Below, piece by piece: positions 45,116 to 57,400 of a stretch of DNA of 64,000 nucleotides. A program made the translations under genes and the position numbers. Every line of letters starts with the position of its first letter. Positions within the stretch are counted from its first letter, which is position 1. The notes under the pieces were generated by a model. The model saw only the letters and a program-made list of their open reading frames with translations, was not told the origin of the DNA and did not search any database. This DNA comes from Diplonema japonicum (lineage: Eukaryota > Protista > Euglenozoa: Diplonemea), in the NCBI GenBank assembly GCA_964019335.1, contig OZ025663.1:434001-498000 (forward strand), written 5' to 3'.

Positions 45116-48100
45116 ATGGGTTCTGTGAGTGATGGAGTGGAGGGGGTAAAAGCTTTTTTGGAGGGGTTGAACCTCGGTAGCTATCTGGATGTATTAGTGG
45201 ATGAGGGCTACGATGATTTGAGAAGCGTGAGAACGCTTACGGAGCAGGATTTGAACGAGATTGGGTTCAAGAGAGGGCATATTAAACGGCTACTTGCTGC
45301 TGTGCAGGAGGAACAGAACAAGGTAGCAGTGGCGGTGTCAGCTCCCACAGATATACCCACAGGAGTCAGCTCGTGGTCAAAGATAGAGAAAGTTGCACCG
45401 CCTGCAAAGTTTGATCAACGGTTTGCCGATCTTTGCAAAATGGGTTGTTACTGCTGGCGTATTGTAGACGAGATCAACGAGAAGGGCCGTCGCACGGAGC
45501 GGGTCCTCGCCATCACCACCTCGTTCTTCTTCCTCTCCTCCCTCGAAGCAAATATCAGCACTTCTTTACGTGCGCAGGACATCGAAAAAATACTCCTTCA
45601 AGAGCGGTCTTCCTCATCAGGCGCCATACTCACCCTCATCGCAGTTAAACCCTTTGCATCCTGCAACGAACCTACAGTTATCATCCAGCTCAGACATGAC
45701 CGACGGAACCCTATTAACGATCCTATGCATCCCCTGGCTGCCCTCAACCACGTTTTGAAGCTAAAGAATCGACCAGCACTAGAGGTTTCAAGAATCAGCG
45801 GGAACATCGATATGAGAAAGGTCCCCGGGATCGGTGTCCTTAACAAGCCGTCCGGATACATGGACCCGACGACAAAGCTTAAGAAATGGAAAGAAACTGG
45901 GAAGTGGCCTGGCGAAGGTGGGGAGGCAATGTCACCTCCCGCATCGCCCTTGTCTACTGAATCTCCGAAGTCCCGCAAGGAGCTGCTCCTTCCGAACGGC
46001 TCGAAGATCATCCTTACAAAGAGTAAGACCTTGCAGCTCGTCTCACCTGAATCCACCGTACAACTCGAGGAAATCGGTTCCGTTGCTTGCGAGGGTGCTC
46101 TTATCACCATGAGGACGGAGGGTTGCGAGGATGTCACTGTCGAGCTTGAGGTATGATAACATCCACTTGCAAGCAACACCACTCAGGAAGCATCGCTTGA
46201 GAAAATGCTCCATCTTATTTCTAAGCTTTGCTCTTATTGCAAGGTGGCTGCCACTGGATTGCCTGTGAAGGAGAAGAAGGCTCCTGCTTACCCTGATGTC
46301 GTTTTCACTGACGAGGAGGGTGACAATAGCACATTCTGCGTTCACCACGGGCAGTTGCAGTTGTGGGCTAACGGGAAGCTTGAGGTGTGTCACAGAACCC
46401 CCCACACGCATCACAGATGTCGTCGATCAAGCAACTGTCGCATAAGAAAAGCACTCTGTACATAGGTGATATGGAGCTCAAAATCGTGACTCCTGAGGAA
46501 GGCAGTGGACGGCGCGCAGCGTTGACCGCGTTGGCAATGCTCTGCAAAAGTATGATTGATTGCTGCGTATGAATTTCACACAGTTACGGACGTAAGAGCC
46601 GTAGGACTCCCCATATCAGGGATGACATCGCAGGCTCAACCACAGGGCACGGAGGAGGATGAAAACAACGAAACTGACCTTTTAGAAAAGGTGAAACAGC
46701 AAGACGAGGAGATGGCGGAACTGAAGAAAGAACTGCAGATGCTGAAATCTAGAAGGAAGAGGAGAAACTCGAACTCGTCGTCCGTGACGAGTGGCTCTAC
46801 AACCGCATCCACCAGCTCCTGGCGGCACGACCCGTACGGCGAGGGCAGCGAAGATGTGTCCATGTCGTTGCAGTCTTCATTCAGCAGTAGCCAGCATTCA
46901 AATGCACTGCGCCCGAGCACACCTGTGTCAACAAGACCCAGAGGGCTGACCGAGTCTACGATAGAGTCCGAGCATGGTTCGATGCCCCCCACCCTGCTCT
47001 CTTCATGCTCCGAATATGTGGGTTCGGAGTACGGGTTCACACCTGGATCCTCCGCCGTTTCAACGACGCACATGGGGAACACTCTCTCTGATTACACGGA
47101 GATCTCTGAACAAATGTCTGTGGAGCTGCAGCTGCAAGCGAAAGAATCCGAGGTCGAGAAATACCGTGCGCTGGTGGCTGCAGCGCAAGTGCAACCCGCA
47201 CCCCCTCCGATCGTACAGCCCCCACCTCAGCAACTACAACCCCCTATTGCACCTCTCCAGCAACAAATGCAGCAGCAGCAGCAACAACAAAACCAACAAC
47301 AACACCAGCACCAGCAACAACATCAGCACCACCAGCAGCACATGCTGCCTGTCATGATGGGCAGCCCCAACCCTAATGTTCTGCGGTACACGATCAATTT
47401 GAACACGCAGTTCGAGCCCCTCGGCTTCGAGTACGGTGTTGTCCCCAATGCGCTGGTCATCACGCATGTCGACCCCAACGGCAGCAGCGGCAGGGCAGGC
47501 ATCCCTAATGGGTGCACGCTGCACTCGGTGAATGGCAAACGCATCACATGTGAGGGCGATCTGCTCACCGCTGTGCGTGCCATCCGCGAACGCTGCCAGC
47601 TGTCGTTCATCATCGAGGGCGTGCCAAACATGAACTGGAAGCCAAACCAGCCACGGCACATCCAACCGCAACAGCCCATCCAGCCGACACCGCAGATGGC
47701 ACAACCGCAGTCACCACAGACGCCAAACAGGTGGTCGCAAGGAGCAGACCCCCAAGCAGCTGCAATGAATATAAGACTTGCAGTGTTGTTCAAGCACGGG
47801 AGGCGGGGGGAGTTCATGTTTGACCAGGTATGAGAAATAAAGGTCTAATCGTAACACTGTAAACAGCGTTTGCACCCTGGGACATATGTCCTTGTAGAGA
47901 CGACAGACGGGGTGGACATCGGGCTGGTGACAGGGGCCCGTGCAGGGGGTAAAAAGGGAGACAGGTTCAGGGCAAAGAGGATAGCAACACCGGCAGAAGT
48001 GGCATCATGGAAGGGGCTGGTGGGTGAAGAAGATGCTGCCCTAGAACATATGAAGGAGAGAGTTATCGCACACCAGGTGCCCATCACACTGCACAGAGCA

Positions 48101-48292
48101 GAGCTGCAGATCGACAAGAAAAAGCTAACTCTACACTACAGCACAGATGCGTCCCACCCTGATTTTTCTACCTTGCTCCACGACGGATACTCCAAGTTCG
48201 GGTGTCGCATTTGGCTGAACAACTGCCAACCCGGGCTGGGGAACAAAGGGGAGCCTTTGGACCTCTCGGCCCCACCCATTCCGGAGATCTAG
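45116..48292 (+). CDS. Multidomain SAM + PH/TH1-like + PDZ + PSP1 C-terminal domain protein; introns 46151-46186, 46385-46416, 46550-46583, 47828-47866
   Basis: N-terminal SAM (FLEGLNLGSYLDVLVDEGYDDL...GFKRGHIKRL), PH-like (INEKGRRTERVLAIT), PDZ (PLGFEY...ITHVDPNGSSGRAGI) and PSP1-C (VLFKHGR, YVLVETTDGVDIG, AELQIDKKKLTLHY, DFSTLL, CRIWL). Also a polyQ/H tract. Confidence 0.85.
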
Positions 48293-49403
48293 GTTCCTTT
48301 AGTGTCAACCAAAGCTCCCTTTCCCTTTGTTCTCCCCCTTTTTTTTCTTTGCAGTTCAACGACTTAAAAAAAGAGCAGTGGTATCAGTGCTGACCCCAAA
48401 GTCCGTACTGCGTGCAAACCAATTGTAAGCACCCATACTCTTTTTTTCTCTTCTTTTTTTCTTTTTTTTTTTTGCTTCCGGCTTATTATTTTTTGTTTGT
48501 TCTTTTCTTTTCGCAGAGTGGGGAATGATGAGCAGGGGAAAGAGGGGGAAGTGATTTATGGGCTGACTTCAGCCCCCCTTGCAGTGAGTTGTTGCTAACA
48601 CTTCTCCTTAACACTTATTTTCTATTCCTGATAAGAAGGGAAAGTGAAAGGGGAAAAAAAAAAAAGGAAAAAAAAAAGAGAGCGACAAATAATGTGGGAT
48701 GAAGCAGTTGATGACCAAATGTGGGTCAACTTGTTCTCTGCTCTTACTCTTTTATTATTTTTATTACCCACTGAGTGCAACAGCGCTCCTTTATACACAT
48801 GCTAGCAGGCACGGGAAATGAAGGAATTATTTATAAAGCAACTGGGGAGGGGGAGCTATTTTATTTTGATTTTTTTGTTCGTTTGTTTTTTTTTTTTTTT
48901 TCAATGGGGGAGGACGCGGAGGGGAAAAAAAGGAATGTAAATTATGAAACGTATATGGAATATTTTTTTCTTTTTCTTTTCTTTTTGTTTTGACACCACC
49001 ACCCCTTCTGCTGGAAGAAAATAAGGAGAATAGTAAGTATTAGAATAGGGAAGAAACACAGATGTACTCTTCCCTTTTCCTAGATAGACGCTGCCGGACG
49101 GGGGGGGGGGGGGGGGGGGATAACAAAGAACACCAGCAATCACCGTCCCTGCCCACCCTGCATCCTCTCCTTGTATCCTTCTCATTCCAACTGCGAAAAA
49201 AAGAGAAAAAAAAAAAAAAAAGTGTAGGGCAAGGTGTGTGAACAGAAGAAGAAAAAATAAATCCCTCCTGTTCTCTTTTTTTTTTTTCTTTTTTCTTTTC
49301 CCCCCCACCCCTGCTCTTCTACCTTTTTTATGCCGTCTTTTCTTGATGCTGACCTCCAAAAACTTTCAGCAAGTAAGGAGTCGGGTGTGAATGCAAATGT
49401 AAG

Positions 49404-51177
49404 ATGAGGCTGTCTGTTCTTTTAATGTGTATCGCTGTGCAGTGTTATGGGCAGACGGCGACGCAAACGTTCTCAGAAACGTTGCCTACAGCAACAGAGA
49501 GTGAAACCTTGCGGACGGTTACAATGACAGGTACTGAGACGTTGCCAACTGCAACAGGTAGCGAAACCTTGCTTACAGCAACAGAGACCGACACCTTGCT
49601 TACGGCCACAGCGACTGGTACTGAAACCTTGCCTACCGTCACTGCTTCTGTCACATCATCAGCAACATACAGCCCCACCCTGCTGACACTGACAGAAACA
49701 GTGACGCAAAGCAGTACAAGCTCTTTGACCATCCCCACGTCCACCAGCACTGCTACCTTGCCGACACCATCTCTGACAACTACTTTTACGTTACAAGATG
49801 AAGTTACTCCAACACCCATTTCGCTCACACTGACCATTCGGTCTGTAACATCTACAGCCTCTTTAACAAGCGAGATCACCCCAACACTGACCGTAACATT
49901 GACCCCAGTACCGACCCCTACGCCGACCCCAACTCTGTTGGATTCGCCCACGCTGACCTTAACATCCACTTGGACAGGCACTGCGACCCTTCCCACACCC
50001 ACCCCGTCGCAGGAGCTGCCCACCCCTACCGTGTCTGCCACTTTCACCATGCCTACCATCACAGCATCGTTCACACTTGCCACCGTGACGCCTGTTCCCA
50101 CTGCTACTCCCACTTTAAGTGAAACCCTTATTCCTACCGCTACTCCCACCTTAAGCGGGACCCTCACAAAGCAGGAACTGTTAAAAACCCAGACCGATAG
50201 CCTCACGACCTCGCTCACCTCAATCGTGCCCACGCGGACTCAAAGCGAAACCCTTCCCACCCCCACCGAAACGCTAGCTCTCCCTACGGGTACTATGACA
50301 GGAAGCAACACATTACTCACGCCCACGACCACAGGCACCTTGGTGACACCAACGGTGTCAAGGAGTCTGACTGTGCCTACGCCCACTGCGACGCAGGCTT
50401 TGACCACACCCACTGCGACGGATACAGCCACCCTGCCCACACCTTCAACAACGTTCACACTAACCTCAGCAAACGACACCGAAACGGAACTCCCAATATC
50501 AGACACGAACACAAGTACTATTACTGCGTCTCTTCTGAATGACACAACGGCGACAGTGACGGTGACGGGGACCAGGACTGCTACCAAGACCGTGACTGCA
50601 ACCATGATGGCACAGACCATGACGAGCACGATTAAAACACGCACCGAAACAGTCACAGCCACAGTCACTGAGCCTCTCAATATCACTGAAACCTTGCTCA
50701 ACGCCACGGGAACCCCCACAGAAACGGCAACGGCGACGGCTAGCCCCACGAGCACTGTGCAGATCATAGAAATAGAAGTGCCGAAAGAGTACACACCAGT
50801 TTTTACGATAGTTTTGCTAGTGATGGGAATCTTGGTGTGCTGCGTGGCGGCTATCTTTGGTATGCCAAGCCTCACATTTCTATCATCACAGCCCGCATCA
50901 TGTTGGTGAGGTACAATAATCTGAAAAAGCAGTTAATCGCATCTAGCATCACGCCCATGTCTGAGGGAGAGGTATTCTAACAAGACTGCTCTGAGCCAAC
51001 TTAGGACGTCCTCCTGGCACCTGTTGAACTGAGTCTTTTGGAACGATTGCTTCCTGGGGGCAGGCGGATGGCCATGAGCAACAGAGGCGTGCGCGCAGTC
51101 GATCTGTTAGATCGATGCGATGAGGACGAGGTGTGCAGGCAAAAAGGTCAACCAATTCTCAACAGGTTCTGCTGTGA
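49404..51177 (+). CDS. Thr-rich mucin-like type I membrane protein; introns 50860-50891, 50972-51004, 51131-51165
   Basis: Signal peptide MRLSVLLMCIAVQCYG, about 440 aa of TLPTxTxT repeats, TM helix VFTIVLLVMGILVCCVAAIF, and a spliced cytoplasmic tail ending DEDEVLL*. The last two introns are less certain. Confidence 0.8.
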
Positions 51178-51490
51178 AAAAAACAAAAAAAGAAAATGAA
51201 AAATCAGGAACACAAAATATATTTCAACAACCGGGGAAAAAAGAAAAGGAAGAAAGAAAAAAAACTGCTGGAATAGACTGTCCCCCCCAAAGGGAGAAGA
51301 AGAAAAGAAAGAAAGAGGAAAAAGAAATATCGAACAGGAATTGTTGTAATCACACTGCCCCTCTGCCCCATCTAGTTGCCATGTACCTCGTTTCGTTTAG
51401 TCTCAAGTGAAAGACGTGCGTGGTATTTAGTGGTTCTTCACACAACACAGGTGGGCCTGGTAAAAAAACAATGGTGTAGAAAGAAAAGCA

Positions 51491-54400
51491 ATGGAAGAGA
51501 TAAGTGAGACTGACAGGTCTTTCCGTGCCAGGCTTCTGCGTGGCCATGAGAAACTGAAACGGATACATAAAGAACAACTCGAACGATATCTCCCGAAGCT
51601 TCCCGTGTTCAAGGTCAGCAATGTACAAGAGAAACCCGCAGACAAGAACAACGCACCAGTTATCCCCATGATACGGGGCGTAGACAGCGTGGGGGCATAC
51701 CTTCCGCGTGGGTTCGAGAGGTTCATCGATAACGTGATGCAACAGAAAGAACGGAAAAAACCGGGTAAAATACCTAAGATCCGGACGCTTAGAATGGATA
51801 CCATTTTGAGCTCAGACTGTGCAAGAAAGCTGCTAGGCTACCATGTGCCCACACCTCCGAAGGGTCCTTCTTTATCATCACGTAAGACCTCTACCCCGAC
51901 GGCGTCTGAGAAGACGGGTCCCATCATCAACTCTGACGCTCTTTGGTCTTTGTACAATGACGGCAACTCGTTCCCCAGTGAACGGATAGGCGGGTTCTAC
52001 TCCATCGCACTCGGCACTCTCTCCCCCATCAGGCTCTACCTCGATGAAGTCGCAACGCGTCGGAACACCGCTGCCGTGCCTCTCCCGGTTGCAGACCCGC
52101 TCCTCTTGGGAACTACACATGAATGCGATTCATCACCCCAGCGTTTCATTTACGACAGAATCGATGGCTGCCTGCCGCTTGAGCTTTTCGACCAAGAGAC
52201 CAACCTCTCACCAGGCCCTGGGTACATCCTGCAGTATAAACGAGGTACAAGCCAGATAATTTGGAAACCATGCCGGATACTAGGCAGAGATCCCGAGACG
52301 CTGTTCTATTGGACCGAAGAGGAGAAAGGAAAACGGCAGGTAGCAAGGTATCACCTGCGACCTGAAGAGGAACACCCTGATACATTTCACGAGCGGGTTG
52401 CTAGCTTGAAGAGGAAGCGGAATCACGTGGAAAAGGTGATCAGAACAGAGTTGCTGCTGTCGATGATGTGTGATGACCACGAAAGAGGCTTACCAGATTC
52501 AGTGCTTGAGAATGTGCTGCTGAAAAGCGTTAGTGGGGTGAAGAAGTCATGGGAACAGCGTGTGGCGCAGTATTTGTCCCAAATATGTGCGGAGCACTTA
52601 TACATACTAAGAAAGGCGAGGCTAGAGTACTACATGCTGAGCCCTGTGTTCAGGAGGCAAGTCGAACCTTTGGGCATTGTTACGGATGCAGATGATTTAC
52701 CTTACAGGACACCACCGCTCCGCCCTGACGGTGACAGGGCGGAAAGGTTCGAGGCTGCAAAAGCCTTTCTTCTGCAGCGCTCCTTCCAACTATCCCACCC
52801 GACACAACAAACACTTCTCAACGTCAATGAAACATGGGTCCCCCACGCATCCCTCTCCTTGCTGAACCTCTCGCTTCCCGACAACTCCCGCGCGATACCT
52901 CTCAAAGAGTTCTACGCGCGGCAAGATGTACACGCTAAGAAAATATTCCAATCCTACCTCCTCCGGTGGAAAACAGACGTTGAAGCCGCCCTGTTCGTGT
53001 CCCTCGAAAAGAGGTTTAAGTACAACTACATGTCGGAAGAGTCTTACAGGACCTCTGACATGTGCGTGTTTCTGCGTCTCATAACATTTTACATGTCAGG
53101 AAGGCTGACGCAACTTGTCGACGAATCGCTTGAAAAGTACACACAATACTTGGAAGGATTCATGAAGCCGCTGAGGAATGGGCACAACGACAGCTGGAAC
53201 AATGGGTTTTACAAGAACTGCGGGATGGCACCTGTGTTGCCCGAAAGGGACGCGCCGTTGCTGAAGTTGGAGATCGACTGTGTGGAGGGAGAAGAGGCGT
53301 GGGTGGTTCAGTATACAATCACTCTCAGAGAGATGCGCAACACTCTGCAGGACGTAGTCAGCAACATTGTGCATACGGCGTCTGGTGTTCCCACCGTCGA
53401 GTGCACGTTCCTATCGTCGTTGGTGTTGCCCGTTCAGAATATTAACATAACACACGACACTTCGAAGAAGGTTCACGCCACGCGAGCGAAGATCGACGTC
53501 GCGTTTGAATCCTGCAAGTCCACTTTAAACAATCTGAGAGCAGACTATGCCACTTTTGAGTCCCTCATGCAGGCAGAGCCCTTTGTTGACGACTCTTGTC
53601 TGCAGAGCTCCGATACAAGCTCTGTTATCAGAAAGATCAACAGTTTGCTGAAGAGCCGCAGGAACGTCATATCTACATCTCCTGATGATGTGTACTGCTT
53701 CATGTTTCTCGTGGACTGCAGGCCTGTCAAGGAAAAGCTCTGCCAAAACATTGCGAAGCAGATCGATCAGATACTCCTCAAGGTTTCGCAGTCCATCACC
53801 GAACGTGCTCTCAATGCATGTGGGTTGTACCAAAGGCTCTGGACAGAGCTACAGCTGCGTCCGAAGACTCCCGAAGCATTTGATGTGTTCCGCCGCAGCA
53901 CTGCAGAGATGAGAGAAGAGACATGGAGTGTCGAAAAAGAGGACTTTGGCATTGTGAACATCTGGAAAACAGAGGTCCTCGATGCATTCAACAGAGGGCT
54001 TTCGGATGAGGAGGCTGACGACGTGCATACAATGCAGCAGTGGCCTCAAAAGATACGTATTTGCCTTGAAGAGAGTGACAGGCTACTCAAAAAAGAAGAA
54101 GCGGAGTTCATCAGGAAACTGGAGTTAGACAAGGCCCTCCTCAGGATGGACATCGAGAACTACAAAAAGGGCGTCAAGGAGCTCACAAAGCTGAGCGACT
54201 ACGACCAAACGGAGCTGGCTTCTGCCACAGCTCAAGAAATACAGGAATTGCTTGTCGAGGCCCAGCGAAGGGGCGAACAATGCGCGCGACACGAGAAGAT
54301 TTTCGAGCTGCCTGAATCACAGTGGCCCACTATCGACAAGCTTGTTCGCCAGTCGACGCCCTTCCACAGATTGTGGATGGCAACCTATGAATGGACGCAG

Positions 54401-57400
54401 TTCCAGCCTAGATGCTACGAGACCGCAATGGAAAACCTGGATGCCAAAAAGATTGTGCATTGCATCACTGAATGGCACAGGGTGGCAAGAACATCTGTCC
54501 GCGCGCTGAGGGGCTACCCAGACCCACAAGGGGTCGCTCGAAGGCTCGAAAGCGAAGTTGCAACATTCCATGGCTACGTGCCGTGGATCACTCAGCTGAG
54601 CTTGGCAGGGCTTCGAGTGAGACATTGGAAAATCCTTATCGCAGAACTGGGTTGCTCACATGATGCGGATCTGACCGTGTCTTACTTGCTGGAATGGGAG
54701 ATTGAGAAATATGCAAAATTCGTTGCGCGTCTTGGTCTGCAAGCCAAACAAGAGGGTGAAATAGAGCACCAGCTTGAGTCAATGAAGGCGGAGTGGCGTG
54801 ACAACAAGCTCCACTTGGTAGACTGGAATTCGTGCAGGATCGTTGCAGTGCCAGAAGCTCAGGACCTGCTTGCTGTAATTGACAAACACATCATGACAAC
54901 GCAGCTCCTTCGAGTGGAGGAATTCATAGCACCCTTTGAAAAAACAGCTAAAGAATGGGAGACGCAGCTCCTGCAGTTGCAAGAGATACTCACGCAGTGG
55001 CTGTACTTGCAGTCGCTGTGGATGAGCTTGAAGCCTATCTTCGACAATAGTGAGGTGTGCGCATGCATTGGGAGCGAAGCTAAACGTTTTCACACTGCCA
55101 ACAAGCAGTGGTCTGTGCTGATGAGGGAAGCAGAGATCAATAGCAAGCTCATCATTCTTGCTGGGAGTGACGACCTGCTTATGCGGCTGAAGGACGTCTC
55201 AATGCAGTTCCAGAAGGTGCAAGTAGAGCTGTCTACGTTTCTTGACGTGCGGCGCAGAGTATGGCCACGGTTGTTCTGGCTGACGGACAATGAGTTGCTG
55301 AATGTTCTGTCGTCTGACGGGAGTCTTGAAGCAGCCAGTGAGCACCTTTTGAAATGCTTCTGTGGCATCGTAAGCCTTAGCGGCAGTGCAGAGGAAGGCA
55401 TCACAGGCATCACATCGGCATCCGGAGAGACCGTTCCTCTTGTAAAGCCCGTTCCGATGGCGAACAGGACTCTCGACATATGGCTAGCCGACGTGGAGGG
55501 AGCAATGAAGATTTCGCTCCAAGTGCTTCTCCACACGGCTTTACAGGAAGCTCCGAAAACAGCACTGCGACCATGGTTGTCAGCATGGCCCCGGCAAGTA
55601 ATCCTACTTGCTTTAAAGATACAGGAAGATGCAGATATACAGGAGGTGACGGTGACGAACGGGTGTAAAGGAATCACGGCGTTGAAGACGAAGATAACGC
55701 GGATTTTAATGGACTTGACGGCAATGGCGCAGAGCCCTGTCGAGGGCGAAGAGAAAATCTTTTTGGAGCTGGTGTTGTTGCACTACATGACGACAAAGGA
55801 CAAGCTAGAGCTGCTCATCATGAACACAACAGAGAGCATAGACGACTTCGGGTTCAAAATGCTCATCAGACATGTCATGGCAGACTCTGTGGTACAGGTC
55901 ACAACCCTGCACAGTATGCTTCCTTATCAGTACGAGTACCTTGGGACACCAGCCCCGTTCGTCCGCACACCGCTGATCGACCGAACCCACCGTGCTATGC
56001 TGGTTGCTTTTGCCGGACACAACCCGGCGCTGCTGAGCGGTCCTCCTTCATCAGGGAAATCCATCCTTGTGAAGGACCTCTCGATACAACTCGGGATGAT
56101 GCACGCCGACATCGTGTGCTCACCTTCCATTGAGTGGAAAACCATTCTCAATACTGTGTCAGGAGTTGTCGCTGCAGGGGGGTGGTGCACGTTGACTCAC
56201 ATAGACAGACTGAGACCCGAGGTGCTTATGAAGATCCCGCCCCTTCTCAACCATATCTATAGCTCCGCTTGGGAGAAGTCCGGGATTGTGATCGATGCAT
56301 GGCACAATCCATCTGGCGAAATATTGTACCAAAAAGATACGTTTGTTGTCGCAGCAACCATGCATTACACCCCTCACACTCCGGTGGCAAAACAGCTGAA
56401 GAACATCTTCCGCCCGATCGCCCACCTATCGCTTGAGCTTGGTGTCATCATCCAACATCTGCTGTACCTCGCAGGCTGCACCACACAGTACGGCGTCTTT
56501 GCGCCATGTGTCATTAGGTTCTTCACACAAGCCGAGAGCATCCTCGGTCTACAGAAGCCCATTATTATCATCAAGCGTATCTGCGAGGCTATGTCGCGCA
56601 TTTCTAAGGACAAGCTCAACACCTCTGCGCACGGCCCTGCTGCGGAGGAGCACAGGGTACTGAGCGACGCTCTGTACATCACATTGAAACCTTTGCTCAC
56701 ACAACGCATGATGGGGGCCTTCATGAGCTTGTACGAAGACTGCTTTGGAGAGTTCGGTTCGCTGGCTCATGAGAGCAGGATCTCGATACCCATCCCTGAC
56801 CTCGGGCTTGATGGGCCTGTGAACGACGAACATTTAGAGCTCCTCACGTTGCTACAGCAATTGACGCTGAGGACTTCGGTTATTATCTTAGGTGGTGTAG
56901 GGCGGGGGAAGACAACTTTAATTGAAGCACTTGTTGCGAAATACCCAGCAGAACACCGGCCTGTACAGTACCACGTCCGTCCCGCTGCCATGTCCCTTGC
57001 GACGCTTTACGGTGCTGTCACGCAAGCAAGGTGGCAAGAAGGTGTTCTCCCAAGGATCCTACACAAAATACGCCCTTGCTCCCTTGCATGGATCATTCTG
57101 GACGGTGGTGTGGGGCACATCTTTGACAGAATGTACTCCCTTCTACATACAGGGGTGTACCACTGTGTCAGTGGTGAAAAAATACCACTTTCTGTGCAAG
57201 GAAAGTTGATCTTTGAGGCTGTGAGTCTTGATGATGCTTCGCCTTCTTTGGTAGCAGGCGCTGCTTTGATCGTCTTGAACGAGAAGCTTGACTGGCGGCC
57301 GTTTTTTAAGAAACATCTGCTGACAGTCCCGGCAACACACCCCAACATGAGAAAGATAATAGATGTCTTCGTGCATCAGATCTTCCGTGTGGCAGAGATG

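Noticed and set aside
49445-50875. Long Val-rich antisense ORFs
   Set aside because: They mirror the ACN (Thr) codon repeats of the mucin-like gene.
8728-51165. Non-canonical (non GT-AG) introns, stop-codon reassignment or programmed frameshifts to explain the broken ORFs
   Set aside because: Every break I examined is resolved in phase by a GT-AG intron under the standard code.
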